This document shows positions 51,313 through 64,000 of a stretch of DNA of 64,000 nucleotides, piece after piece. A model generated the notes under the pieces. It did not search any database. It saw nothing but the letters and a program-made list of their open reading frames with translations, and had not been told where the DNA came from. This DNA comes from Amphiscolops sp. MND2022 (lineage: Eukaryota), in assembly GCA_964187785.1 (NCBI GenBank), contig OZ076409.1:62622001-62686000 (forward strand), given 5' to 3'. The stretch's first letter is position 1, and each line of letters opens with the position of its first letter. The translations under genes were made by a program, and so were the position numbers.

Positions 51313-53529
51313 CTGCAAAGAAAAAAGTAGAAATGAACAATTTTAGTAATGAGAACATGTTGGGAACAATTTCTAAACGCTGTAGTTGGAATAAACGCTG
51401 AAAACTATTGGTAAAAAATTTTACATTGGAGAAGCATTTTAAAGGAAAATTTTTCTGCAACATTTTTTAGAGTTCGTGGTGAAAGTTTCGGTTCGGCCAC
51501 CGAAATTTTAAGATTTTTTTTTATTCTGGATTAGTACCTGCTATGTTTTGGATTAGTACCTGCTATGTTTTTGTTTTACGCCTTATTCCGAAAATTTTTA
51601 AAGGTAGCGTGCTGGAAACGTTTGGGATGCAAATTGGCGATTTACTGCACGCTACAAAAACTTTACTCACAGTTTTTCTGCATCAAAGTAGTAAACGCCA
51701 AGCACCTTGTTTGAATCTCTTTCGGATTAAGCTGTGCAGAGACCAGTCAGATCGAAACAACTATTTTATGGCCGAAATTTACTTTGTTTTGAACTCTTTG
51801 CCCTGCGATTACCGAATAGGTCATCTGGAACGCTTCCGAGTGTGAATACTTCACCTGGTTTGTCTTTCATATCAGGAAAAATGTTCCAGTTTCTAGTAAT
51901 AAATTTGATCGACTGTTCTGAAACTCGCTGTGTTCTCGATTCGCGACAAAAGCGAGTCGACAAAATCTCAAACATGTAACTATGATGTCAATTTGCAACA
52001 GAAAACAATCGGTGAACTGCCAAATCATACGAATGCGTCTCTAAGAGTTTAGGATATGAAATTTGGAACATTTCGGGAATACTTCTTGTAATTTCTAGGC
52101 GTTAAGGAAAAATGCGCTAGACTTATTTGTACTGCTTGGATGAATTGCAAAACAATTTCATGAGTTAAATCTGGGGAAAATCTTCGACAATATTCAAAAT
52201 AAGCCTTTCAAAACTGCGAAAACGACGTTTTGGGTTTATTATCATAGCAAAAATGTCCACGTTGGTTTAGCTTTTGAATCAGGAAATTTGTTGTTCAACA
52301 GCTAAAAATTCGAGAAACTCAAAATGGACCAATGCAGACTCACTAGAGTGATTTTGACCCCAGAGTATATTTTCAATCTTTAATTTTACTTTTTTTGGAA
52401 AAAAGGTCGCTTTCATAGGTTTTTTTCTATAACGTTTCTAGTTGCAGTCCACCAAGGATCTGCGGTCCCACGCATTAAGAGTGGAAACCTGGAAGTGTCA
52501 ATAAAACTATAAAACTTGACAGGTACATTGAACAAATTACAAGATGTCCACAACACTCCGCTTTTCTGATGTCCAAGGGTAATAACATCAGTTAACTGAA
52601 AATTAAGCAATTTATACCTCAGTTTTTAAAAAAGCCTGCTACGACTTTTTCTGAAAATCACCTACAGCTTTCAAACATTGTGTTTTCAAAGAAGCGATCT
52701 TTGTGCTTGTAAGACCCTTTAGACAGATATTTTTAGCCATTTTCAAATCGTTCCACCTTTGCATCGCAACAATCAAATGCAGCCCAAACGCGATCTACTT
52801 GAATATCTTTTTGCCAGCCATTCGAAAGACCCAAATTCGAGCTCAGCAAGTCAAAACGCCCCAGCAAACGTTTTCTAGCAAAATTAAAATAGGGGACGGA
52901 GGCGACAAGCTCAAAGGAAAAAGGAAACGAAAGGCCATTGAAACTATTGGGTAACCAGAAACACGTCTATGTCAAATTGAAGCAACAGGGGAGCAAAAAA
53001 GGGGAGCAGGCATGAATTGAAACTCTGCACAAGTTGGAAAAACTTCGTTAGCTGGATTGAAAAAAACAAGCTGGATTTCATTTTTCAACTTCCACGATAA
53101 GAATCTTACCATTCGGGTTTAATCTTGGTTTGCGGTGCAGTAAATGGCAAAGGTTTTCACTTCAAATCCATCGAAATAAAAATGATCGACAACAGAAGAC
53201 TGTAAAACTGTGCGCTCGTTCATCCCAAACGTGACAAAAAGTTAACTGGTGTAAACAGATTGATGGAAACTCGTGCACGATGGAGCAACGCCGCATATTT
53301 CCAGAGAATTCAGAAGATTTTTTGCAAAAACTCGAACCAGGCTTTATAGTAACCTGCAAACTTTCCGGATATCAGCTTCCCAGAAACGTGTGTGCGTGTG
53401 TGACCAAAACCCATAAGTATAATCAATAAATATTATCTTTTTCATTCATAACCTTTCTTTCCATCTGGTTAATTACTCATAACGCTCTGTTGCATTACTG
53501 ATCTTTCTCTGTAAGAAACCTGGAATCAA

Positions 53530-55790
53530 GAACCAAGTTTTAAACGGTAAAACTAAGCAATCTGTTTAACATTTGGTCAATCACCGACTCAGATGAACCA
53601 GAAGAGACATATTTACAGCTGTGTGTGCAGAGTGGAACGACAGGCGGTCCCCGACGCCGTCATACCAGCTAGAAGTTTTTGAATGAAGACTAAGGTAATG
53701 AAACGCCTATTAGTTTATTCGTTTTTAATCTGGCAAAAACGAATTTGATGAAACCAAAAAATTCAGGAACAAATGGGGAATGAGAACTGGTGAAACGTTC
53801 CGACACATAAGAATCTGTGGATTACAGGTCAAAGCCACGAGCAGCGGAGGAGCTTATGAAGATGGATTTATGGTGTTGGGGCCCATCTTGGATTCAAACG
53901 TCGAAGGTAAAAATAGCAACGCAACCTGAAATGTTACAGCAAACTACAGAACTAAAAACACCAATTTCAGCACAAGAAAAAGATTCTTACGTTATTGAGA
54001 ACAATTCAGGACAATTCTGCACCCGGTGTGGAGAGATCCAAGAATTCAGTTGGTATTATTAGTAATGAAACTTTGAGGAAATATTTCCAATTGTACCTTT
54101 CGGGACACTTGGAAGACTTTTAGAAACAGCAATAAGAGGGAAACGTCTGAAGTCAGCGCTATATCTTTGGCTCAAAAAGCGCAGGGTTTCAAATCATGCC
54201 CAGTACGATTCTATGAGGAGCTCGGTAATTAGTTCTGAAACACCCAAAGGGTGCCTTTCATGTCGATAAGAACCGGGAACCACTTTTTTCGAATTGAAAA
54301 CAAATATGTGGCATAGTGCCGAAAACTCTGAAGAGTCCTTTTTCTCAGCAAAAGTCGAGGGGCTTCGATAAAACACAAATAGGAATAAATTCAAATAGTG
54401 CCGGAAAAACAAAGGTCGTAAGAATTCGAACATAGCGTGCTGGTTCACTGAAAAAAAAACTTTGAGACAAAAAAATCATTTTGAAACATCTCACAATGCC
54501 AAAAATTGTTTTAAAAAAAGGATACTTCGGGCTTTTTGAAATTCAGTTTATAAAATATCAAAAAATATGAAGGGGACACCTTTGGAGACATCGAAAAACT
54601 TTCGACAAAGAAACAAAAAATGAGAATTTTTAACAGTCACCTGGTGCCGAAAAATGTAAATGGAAAACCCTTCCAGGGAAATTGAAGGGAGACCACGTGG
54701 TGCATTCAAAAAACAAAAAATTGTCGAAAAAAGTCTCAGGGTGCCAAAAAAAATCTAATTTCAAAACACCAAGATAGCCAAAGGGTGATCCTCAGTATGT
54801 GTTCGAGGTTCTGCACGTCGGTTTGATTTTGGAAGCGGTTCTGACCGCTTTGGACATACGTAGTTCAGGTTGAACGAATGAACAAAAAAGAGGAACTTAC
54901 GCGAAAAAACTACCCACTGCAAGAGTCGGAAACTTTTCTTTTTTCCAGAAAAGCGCAAGACTAAAAAGAAGCGTGGATACTTCCACTGAAACAAGTTAAA
55001 CGGAGACTTTTCAGAGAAGAAACAAATTCTCTACAGAAAAACGAACCAAAACCAACGAATTCAAAACTTCTTCAACCCTACCTTTTATGGACGAGAACGA
55101 TGAATTGCTGAAAGTTGGAGGAAGAATACAGCGACTGAATGTCTGAACGAAGAAGCGAAGTTTCAGAATATTCTCATTGTGAGGCTCAATTTGTCTTCAA
55201 TAATCGTCAAAGACAGCTAAGACGAACAACTTCATTGTGAAGTCAACTCTCCAATTGTACACACAACGCAAACAGTCTGGATCTTCGGAGATCGAGAAAT
55301 AGCAGCCCAAATGCCAATTGTATCAAACGCTACAGATACAATTTGTTGTGCACAAACCCAAATGATGGGAAATTATCCGAAAAAAGCATGAGAATTCGCT
55401 GGACCACTTCAAAAAAAGGAACAGACGACTATCAAGATGATTTACCTCATCTGGTTCGTCTCTATCTGCCCAAAAACAATTCAGCTGGATCCAGTGAACA
55501 GTTTGAACACACAAGAAGATGCGAATGCCCTACACAGGTTGATCGCACGAAGGTGATGCCCAACGAAGATCTATTCAGACAACAGGACCACTTCATTGGA
55601 TCGATTGGTTATCTCAACAAGTTCTGACAACTAACAAAAAAACTTTGGAGAAGAGGGTCTGCCAGATGTTGTACTAAAACATGGAATCAACTCGATCACA
55701 ATGCCTAGAGGCTAGAGGGCGAACTTCGGAGGTTTGTCAGAGTGTGCTGAAACGTCAATGAATTACCTATTGCGAAAAACCAATGGAAAA
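53530..55790 (+). pseudogene. Old BEL/Pao pol remnant (RNase H to integrase), interrupted by a HINE-like insertion at 54131..54967
   Basis: Degenerate BEL-like stretches: DLWCWGPSWI (cf. LWWNGPKWL), LNP....LLKVGGR, LH..........WI, and ANFGGLSEC (cf. PHFGGLWES). Confidence 0.6.
54131..54967 (+). mobile_element. Short HINE-like element
   Basis: AAACGTCTGAAGTCAGCGC start and AAGCGCAAGACTAAAAA end; same family as 17790..18397. Confidence 0.55.
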
Positions 55791-57710
55791 ATTTCAAACC
55801 ATCCAATGGATGCATCTTTCTCTGAAATCTACCTAGAATAATGTTTTCATTTGTAAAACTAAGATTTCAATTTACCAATGTTTGGAAAATTTCGAAATCC
55901 TCCCTTCGAACGAAAAACCCAGCAAGACGCCCGCTGAGCAGTGAGATAATTTCCGCTTCAAATTGTTCTACAACTACATAAATTTGAGGCTTAAGAATAG
56001 CCAAGGCACTAAAAAACGCAAAGAAGTTCGAAGAAAAAGTTTGATTCATCTTAGCCCATTTTAAAGGAAACACCTTTTATTTATTATTTCTGCGATAGCT
56101 GGACACTTTTCGTTTTTTCGGCACTATCCGACTTACCGAAAAAAAAGTTCGACAAATTTTTTGAAAACGATTTCCGAAAAAAAATTTCGCAATTTTTGTT
56201 TCCGAGTTTTTCTGTAAAGAAATTGAGTTTCCCGAGTCTTAGGGGTGACTTCTTTGTTACTTTTGATCATATGGAACTGACGAGGTTTCTTATTGATTGT
56301 GGAAATTACCTCACTTCCTTTTTTCGGCTCTGTGCGTCTTTCCGAAACTTTCATTTGGTCAAAGAGTTGCCCTTGCTTCCATAGCTGATTTCGGCTTGAG
56401 AAAAGTAATTTTGCGAGCTAAAATTGGTGTCGCCGGAAAAAAATGAAAAAAATTGAATTTTTGTGATTCCTGATGGGTAAAAAGGCGTTTCCTAGTCTCA
56501 GACGTATTTCTTGAGGTAAATTTTGGCACTGATAAAAAGGTAAAAGTTTGAAACTAGGTCCTGTGCAAGTTTAGGGAGGTTGAGCGATGCCGATTTGTTA
56601 TATTATTGCACATAGTTTCACCTGAAGTGTCAAAAATTCTAAAGGGTCCAAAAATGGGACACTGTTGTCGAAAAAAAAAGAAAGTTTGAAAATTTTGGCA
56701 CCTTTGTTGTACACTCGATAAACTTCATCCCACTTTTCCCCAATTTGTTTTGAATATCTTATAGTTTCAACGCTCAGGCCTTTGGAAGTTCTATTCTTCA
56801 ATAGCGTTCGTGGTTTGAACAAAAATTGGGCTTAGTTTGTCAAGTGTTGTTGTTGTTTCAAGGATTGTTTGGGTGTTTTGAGGCCAATTCCAACAAAAAA
56901 TGCAGTTATCTCTTCAGCATTGCCCACTAGAGATACCCGGATTAGTCAAATTTGAGGTTTTTAAACTATGTTATGCAAGGAAGTAGCTCAAAAATTGTAC
57001 AAAAAACGGCAAATATTCTTTTAAAAGCCTGTGTTTGTCAACATTCTGACTTCAAAACTTTTAAAAAACACAAAAGATGCACAAAAACGAAGATATTGAA
57101 AATTATCCACTGCTTTAGAGTCATGTTGAAGTATTTTTGAAGCAAAAGGCTGCAACGTTCTCTTCAAAAAATGTAATACCTCGCTCGTTTTTTTTCGTTG
57201 TTGAGTTGATTGTATAGGAACTTATATAGGAACTATAAGAACGAAATCTCTCAGCCTTTTTATTTTGCAAATTGAACTCATCTCGTAACGAAAACTCACC
57301 GACACAACCATTTTGCCCATGCTTTGTGCGTTTTAACATTTTATTCCACGAAGTCTATCCATTTTTGCACAAAAATTGAACAAAAACAGTGAATATCGTT
57401 AAACTTTCGAAATTTTGACTTTTTGCGATGTCAATTCCCGACACGTTTTTTGAAAAACTGCGTTTATCACTTTTCTAAGCATACTGGACAACACAAAAGC
57501 TTTTCTTGTTGACCCATTTCAACGTTCCAATAGACAAAGTCTGTCGAAAATTTGGGAACAAATGGATAAAACCTTTGGAAAATGGAACTTACTGGGTCCT
57601 TACCTATTTTTTGTCATTTTCGGTGTCAAATTCAGAAATTTTCATTCGAAACAGTGCAATTATCTCTTCATGAAAGACCACTCGACTACCCACCTTTTTG
57701 TTGACCCTTT

Positions 57711-58794
57711 AAACACAGATGCGAAGCCGTGCTTCGCAAACACTTGCGCAGAAGGTTGCGAACTTTTGAAGAAAACCAAATGAGCAAAATCATACGGAGA
57801 ACCATGTGCAAAATGACATTGTTAAAATTTTATCAATTTTACAGCGCCAAAAAAAACCCGAAGGGATACGCATAAATCTCGAAAATCTTTCTTCCCCAAC
57901 TGGAAACAGCAAAAAACCCCATCTCTCTCAACCGGAAACATTTTTTTTAAAAAAAAACAGAAAAATAGGGGAAAAAATACGAAATTTTTCGAAACTTTTT
58001 TTGAAGAATGTCTCCGGTAAGTCGCATGGTGCCAAAAACCTTGAACAGTCCTTTATGCTCGCAAGCGTTTCATTTTAAGTAAAAACTGAGGGGGGCTTCG
58101 ATGAAAACAAATTAGAAAAAAGTAGCATAGAAAAAACGCCGAAAAAAACTAAAATACGGATATAGCGTGCTGGGCCTCAGAAAACCTAATTTTAAGACAA
58201 AAATTATTTCTTTTGAAAATTCTCAAAATGCCGAAAACTGTAAAAAGGGGCCCGTTGAGATTTTTTAACAACCATTCTGTTGCAAATTTTCAAAAAAAAT
58301 GAAGGGGAACCCATTGGAGTCCTTGAAAAATTTTCGAAAGAAAAAATGAAGGGGAACCCATTGGAGTCCTTGAAAACTTTTCGAAAAGAAAACAAAAAAA
58401 TGAGAATTTTTAACTGTCTCATAAATGCCAAAAAATCTGAAAGAAGGGACCCTTTGGGATTTTTTAACATTCGTTCTGTTGCAAAACATCAAAACAAATT
58501 GAAGGGAGGACCCTTTGAGGACATTAAAAATTTTTTCGAAAAAAAGTCTCACAAAGCCGAAAAAGGGAGGAGATTCATAGTATCGAAAAAGTGACAACCG
58601 TCTGCTTCGGAATACTTGTTAAAAATTATCGCATACTCACGGGTTCGAACACGAACTCTCCGGGTTGAAAAGCAAGCATCTTACCACTAGACCGCAAACG
58701 CCTGAACTATGCGACTTGCGGGCTGAAACGAGAGAGTTGTCACGCGGAAAAAAAGCACCCGCACTTTCTCATAACACTTGCTTATCGCAAGTGT
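57711..58794 (+). mobile_element. Nested HINE-like element inserted into a tandem unit of the long element
   Basis: 5' ACACTTGCG (~57740) is complementary to 3' CGCAAGTGT (58786-58794), which is part of the hairpin ACACTTGCTTATCGCAAGTGT. Removing the element restores the unit TTGACCCTTT|AAACATTCCAATCCAC. Confidence 0.65.
58631..58695 (-). pseudogene. tRNA-derived fragment within the nested element
   Basis: A-box-like GGTCTAGTGGTAAG and B-box GTTCGAACCC. Acceptor and anticodon stems do not pair well, so this is not a functional tRNA. Confidence 0.5.
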
Positions 58795-60131
58795 AAACAT
58801 TCCAATCCACTAAAACCGTCAAAACTTTTACACGAAATGCTTCAAAACTGGAAAATTGGAAAAATTTAGGTTTTTGTCGTTTTCAGTGTCAATTTGAGAC
58901 ATTTTCACTTCGAAAACTTCAATAAACTCTTCAAGGAAAGCATACTGGACATCACATTTTCTCCTTGTTGACCCTTTTCAACATTCCAAACCACAAAGTC
59001 CGTGTTTTGATTTTCCGGTGTCAGTTTCAGACATTTTCATTGAGAACATTGGAATTATCTCTTCTTTAAAGACTTCTCGACAAACCACTGTCTCCTTGTT
59101 GACCCTTGGAAACAATTCAATCCACGAAAACCTTCGAAACTTTAACACCAAATGCATAAAAACTTTAAAAACTGGAAAAATTTGTGTTTTTGTCATTTTC
59201 GGTGACAAGTTGAGACATTATCATTTTTGAAAAAGGCAATAAACTCTTCGGAAAAGACTACTGGACAATCAACCCTTTACTTGTTGACCCCTTAAAAACA
59301 TTGCAATCCACAAAGTCAAAATTTTGACGAAAAATGCGTAAAAACTTTTGAAAAATGGAAAATTTTGGGATTTTTGTCATTTTCGGTGTCAATTTGAGAT
59401 TTTTTCTTCTCGAAAACAGCAATTATCTCTGCATAGAAGACTATTGGAAAACGAGTTTGTGCCTTTTTGCACTTTTTCAACATTCTAATTTACGATATGT
59501 ATCGAAAAATTGACAAAAATTGTCTTCAAACCTAAAAAATTGAAAATTTTCTCATTTTGGGGTCATTTTGCGTCATTTTGGGGTCCTTGGGAAAAACTAA
59601 AAAAGTCCAGAAATCTCCACAAACACAAATCGCACGAAGCTAAAATTATGTGAGTTGAAGTCTATGGGTAACACCCTTAAAGTTAAGTATATATTTGGTG
59701 TTTGGCAAATTTTGTAAAAAAACCGTTTGAATTATATATTTTCCTTTCCCATGTGAAATATGGGCGGAAAATAACAAATGTGCAAAAACTCAACCACTGC
59801 GTTCAAAATTGCCACCGTCATACTTCACTTTTCCGATACGCCCACCTGAAGGCTGCTAAGGTCAAGACCGAATTTGACTAAAAGGACTAAATGCGAATAT
59901 TCAAAGCACACATGTGTGGGTATGTTTTTTCAGATAAGAACTGGTTCGACCACGTTTCAGAGTAATATTTTCACTACAGTTTTTGCCTTTCTGCCTTTCC
60001 CGATTGTAGATTTCAAACTGACTTTTAGGTTTTTTCTTTTCAATTTTGTCCTCTAGTTCATTCTCTTCTCTCTATTGTTGTTTCTCCAGCATTTTTGTTC
60101 AGTTCAGCTTCTATATCAGCAGTCATTATTA

Positions 60132-60995
60132 CCCAGGTTTTCGATCTTTGTGAATCTGTGCAGATCTGCAGGATTTTTGCAGATCTTTGCAGATATGTGC
60201 AGATCTGCACAATTTTTGCAGATCTTTGCAGATATGTGCAGATTCGAAATAAAACTGACATACTCAGAAACACAATAAAAACCCCACAGCTATGTCAAAC
60301 GAATAATAAAAATGTTTAAAACTGGAGAGAAGTCTCAATTATGTCAAAATGATGAAACATTTTTCTGTAGCAATTTGTACAGATCTGTAGAGATTACAGA
60401 TCTTTACAGAGCCAAACAATGACCAATAAATTATTATAACGTATTCCAAGTTAACAGCAATTACTAAAAATACTCCAACAAACTATGTTGCGGAATTTTC
60501 ATAACAACAACACCTTATCAACACATTGACCAACTCAGAAGGTTGCCACATGTCAAATTTCATCAGTCAAAACGGAGTCAATATGGCAAACGAGCCTCTT
60601 AAAGTTCCTCAACCACTTCTGAAAAGTTCAGGTAAAATGGATAATTTACTGCGTATAACCGAAACCTCACTTTCTCCAGTCACCGAAATTACCGTGATGG
60701 GGATAAATTTTCCTTCTCAAGAATTTTGATTGATGAAGAGTTTCAACTGACTGACCCTAGGTCAGCTAAAACACTCGATGAAGTAGTTGAAGAAGTCCAA
60801 AAATGCAGTATATTGGTTCCTCAGAAGCTGCAGAAAAACATATTTCTTTGAAAATCTTTAAAGAAAATTTGCGCACTCCTGTAAAGATCTTGCAGATTTG
60901 TATGGATCTTCAAGATTCAGTGCAACGATCTTTGCAGAACCCTGCAAAACAAATCCTGCAGATCTGCACAGATTCGCAAAGATCGAAAACCTGGG
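60132..60995. mobile_element. Non-autonomous DNA transposon (MITE) with ~45-bp TIRs and TA flanks
   Basis: CCCAGGTTTTCGATCTTTG.GAATCTGTGCAGATCTGCAGGATTT at 60132 and its reverse complement ending 60995. TA on both sides; subterminal GCAGATCT repeats. Confidence 0.85.
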
Positions 60996-61499
60996 TAGCC
61001 ACTGTTTTTTTTGCCCATGTCTTTTCTTCATTTTTATCATCTGTGCTGTTTTGTCCCATGTTGTTAATTTAATTTTCGCTATGGTTCACAACAAATTTCT
61101 CCTTAATTGACGTCTCCTTTACTATTTCGTTATTTTTTTAGAATTTCTAACTTTTTGGCAACCTTGTTTGCCTGACCGCAATGTTGTTTGTCTCTTGACA
61201 CAAGCTTTTTCTCCCGCTTCTGACAAGATAGCGACTATATTGCAATTTTCACATGTTACCTTGCATCTCACTTTGTGAAAACCCGTTACAATTTTGAACT
61301 ACGAACCAGCTCTCTCGCTGAGAGTCAACATCTTGATCGAAAACCTATGAACTAAACTCGATTTTCGATTAGTTATCCAAAAACAAATCATTGCTGCTTG
61401 AATTTGGTTTTCAAAAACTGCGGAGTTTTTCTTCGTTCATTTTTTTCTGTTTTCTCGAATCTCTATTCTCACCTGTTTCGCTGCAAAATCCCAAATTCA

Positions 61500-62340
61500 T
61501 TGATTTCTTTATTACTTCCTGTTGTATCTTCGGCCACCACGCATCTGATGCTTCTCGCATCACAGTTCGGGTGTCCATAATTTAATGCTTTAACACCTTT
61601 CCTCGAATTTTTTTGGGACCTAGCCTTTCGAACAAGCAAGTCAAGTAATTTTTGTTGAGGTTCAAGAAGCAGTTTTGTTAAGGTCTAACGAGAATAATTT
61701 TCTTTTCTCTAAAACCGTCTACTTTTTCGACGTTCACGGCTTGTATTCGGTTTACTGTTTAAATTTACCTGCTTTCTGAATGATTTAGAGTTTTTTCCGC
61801 TAATTTTCCGCTAACAACTAAGAGTTCAAGGTCAAACTCAAATATTTACAAACGAATTACATAAACTCTAGAAGAGTACGATATTGGTTTGCATGCTTGG
61901 GTCTCTAACAGTTGGAAAACCACCTCTGAATTTCTTTTAGTTGGTTGCATCATAATTTATGAAAACTGTTTTGAAATGTGTCAATTCAGCTAGTTTTTTC
62001 AACTCTTCGTTACCTTGCATAAATGCAGTTTTATACTCAGTTGACCACTTTCAGCTTGTGTCTTTTTTAAAAATATTTCTAAAAGGGAAACAGAATGATC
62101 CCAATTGTGGTATAAATTTGCTCAGTCGATTAACTCCTCCTAGAAGTGATCTGAGTTCTGGTCTCAGTGAGGGGTGCAATATTTCACAAATTCCTGACAT
62201 TCTGTCATTTAATGACAAAATTTGTGTATTTGTAAATGCAAAATCAAGCCGCCCATAGCTCTCACTTGCAGATAGAAATTTATACAATATAATATATAAT
62301 ATACACATGTTAATCGCAATTTTGCATCGTTCCATGATGT
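61500..62340 (-). pseudogene. Old Gypsy RT/RNase H remnant
   Basis: ELRSLLGGVNRLSKFIPQL....FPFRNIFKK..W matches the RT connection region (cf. ELKSLLGAIQYMAKFLPKL in the 10604 element). Confidence 0.55.
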
Positions 62341-62721
62341 CAAAATTTCCTGCATTTTTCCTTTATGCTCATCTTTAACAACTTTTTCTGACTAATATAG
62401 CCGATCAAAAACGAAAAATTGCTGGTAACAGTTCCAATATTTCCTGAACTATTCAAGTCCGACAAACGATTTTCAGCACGTTCGAAAGAAGAAAATTAGG
62501 GCATTCTATTTAGGGCCCCTAAACCGCACTGGCTCCGAACTTTGCGCCAAAACTGTCCACGTGTTGTGTCTTTGACTGCATTTCAACATGTTTCAAATCA
62601 TGCTAGGGCTACTTTGATCCAATCTTGTCCCCAGTGGGATAAAGTGGCCACACACAAAAAAGGTAAAACGGAAAATTTGCGCTCATTTTTTTGATTTTTT
62701 GTTCCCGATTTCGCAATTTTG

Positions 62722-63990
62722 AGACATCTAGTCAACAATCCGTGAGAATGCGTGCAATGCTATGTAATTTTGTCTGAAAATCCTATTCAAGAGTTTTCTT
62801 TACCGTACGGTCAACTGGTGCCTTTAGAAGTCTGCAGATCTTAAGTGGAGCAAAAACGTACCACAATGCTATTTAGGGTTATGGTTCCAAAACTAGCATT
62901 TGGTTCTCATCTGTATCAACCGCTCAGTTTATTGATCTTGCATCGAGTGCTCTCACAACTGATCGATTCTTTTTCACTATGGTAACTGTCGGTTGAATGA
63001 AGGCATCATGTTTAAATTCTTTTACTTGCTCCATGTGTCTTTCGTATCAACAATTTCTTTCCAATTCACCATCTTCTGCATATTGGAGTTGTTATTTTCC
63101 GACCCCACATTTTATAAATGGGGGAGGAAAATCATGATCTGTGACGCGGTTTTTTTCCAAATTTTGCCAAATCTCCACAATTTCCACCTTTTGATTACTT
63201 GACTTTTTTATATAGCTATCAGTAACTAAAATAGTCAAGTAACTAAAATAGCATACAGCGGGAATAATATCTAAAGTCAAAAAGGGGATAAGATCTAAAG
63301 GGAATAAGATCTAAAATCACTAAATTTTAGATCTTATTCTTTAGATCCTATTCCCACCCCCCAAAATAGCTATGGGATAGTTGGTGAAGGCGAACAGGGC
63401 GGAAAATATCCCGGTGCTTAGCGGGCGTCTTGTTTTCGTATAGGACGTATTCGCTTTTTTCACTTACCGGTTCGATTTGCTCAACTGTGTATCCTGGGAT
63501 TTTTAGCCACTCACGGGCAATGACAAACTTCACAACGTTTAGTTTCGACGCAATTGGAAGCACTATGTACACCTATGAATCAGTGTCGTTAATTCCGTAT
63601 CGATGGTTGACACTACTAGAAAAACGTGTGTCCTACCCTTCCCTCGTTTTTTTTCGGTTACCAAATACTACATTCTGACCACTATTTGTTTTCAAATAGT
63701 TCCACTTCTGAATTGAGTATCAACGGAAAAGAATGACATACACCGTGAGAAAGGAAAGCCACTGGGAAGTGTCATCAACCCGGAATGAAGGAAGAATTTC
63801 GGAATCAACCCAAAAATCTTGTGCTTAACTTTTAAATGTAGACATCAAGTCAATAATCCTTGAAAATGCGTGCAATGCTACGTAATATTGTCTGAAAATC
63901 TTATTCAAGAGCTTTCTTTACCATACGGTCAGCTGGTGCCTTTAGAAGTTTGCAGATCTTAAGTGGTCCAAACAATGCTCTTTAGGGTTA
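62722..63990 (+). repeat. Pair of ~150-bp direct repeats (62722..62881 and 63840..63990)
   Basis: Colinear, roughly 85-90% similar by eye (AATGCGTGCAATGCTA..CTGGTGCCTTTAGAAG..GCAGATCTTAAGTGG). Confidence 0.8.
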
Positions 63991-64000
63991 GGACCTGACA

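Larger units (their letters stand above)
55923..59773 (+). mobile_element. Long HINE-like element (second full copy) with a nested insertion
   Basis: Starts CAAGACGCCCGCTGAGCAG and ends TTCCCATGTGAAATATGGGCGGAAAATAA. Colinear with 44186..47582, including the tandem array. Confidence 0.7.

Noticed and set aside
53110..53200. Candidate upstream SLC23 exon (TTTTACAG...GTAAGA on the minus strand)
   Set aside because: Stops in the frames checked and no SLC23-like residues.

Overview
AT-rich, repeat-dense eukaryotic (most likely invertebrate animal) DNA with one 200-N assembly gap. It contains: (1) the 3' part of a large Gypsy-type LTR retrotransposon (1..~9189). Between its integrase and its putative 3' LTR it carries a ~7 kb accessory region: an antisense 5-exon gene of ~1300 codons (BED-type zinc finger plus an apparently catalytically degenerate hAT-transposase-like body) and a divergent sense ORF with a SUMO-interacting-like motif. 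(2) A complete but decayed Gypsy element on the minus strand (10604..16491; 222-bp LTRs, GCCAC TSD). (3) A decayed LINE. (4) A complete, young BEL/Pao element (27796..34899; 288-bp LTRs, GTAGG TSD) with an extra SGNH-hydrolase-like ORF upstream of gag-pol. (5) The last five coding exons of a host SLC23/NAT nucleobase transporter gene on the minus strand (43214..51312). (6) Many non-autonomous Helentron/HINE-like elements, a MITE, a perfect 72-bp-arm palindrome and older retroelement remnants. The most unusual system is the intron-containing antisense hAT-derived cargo gene inside the Gypsy element. All family assignments come from reading motifs by eye; no database searches were run.
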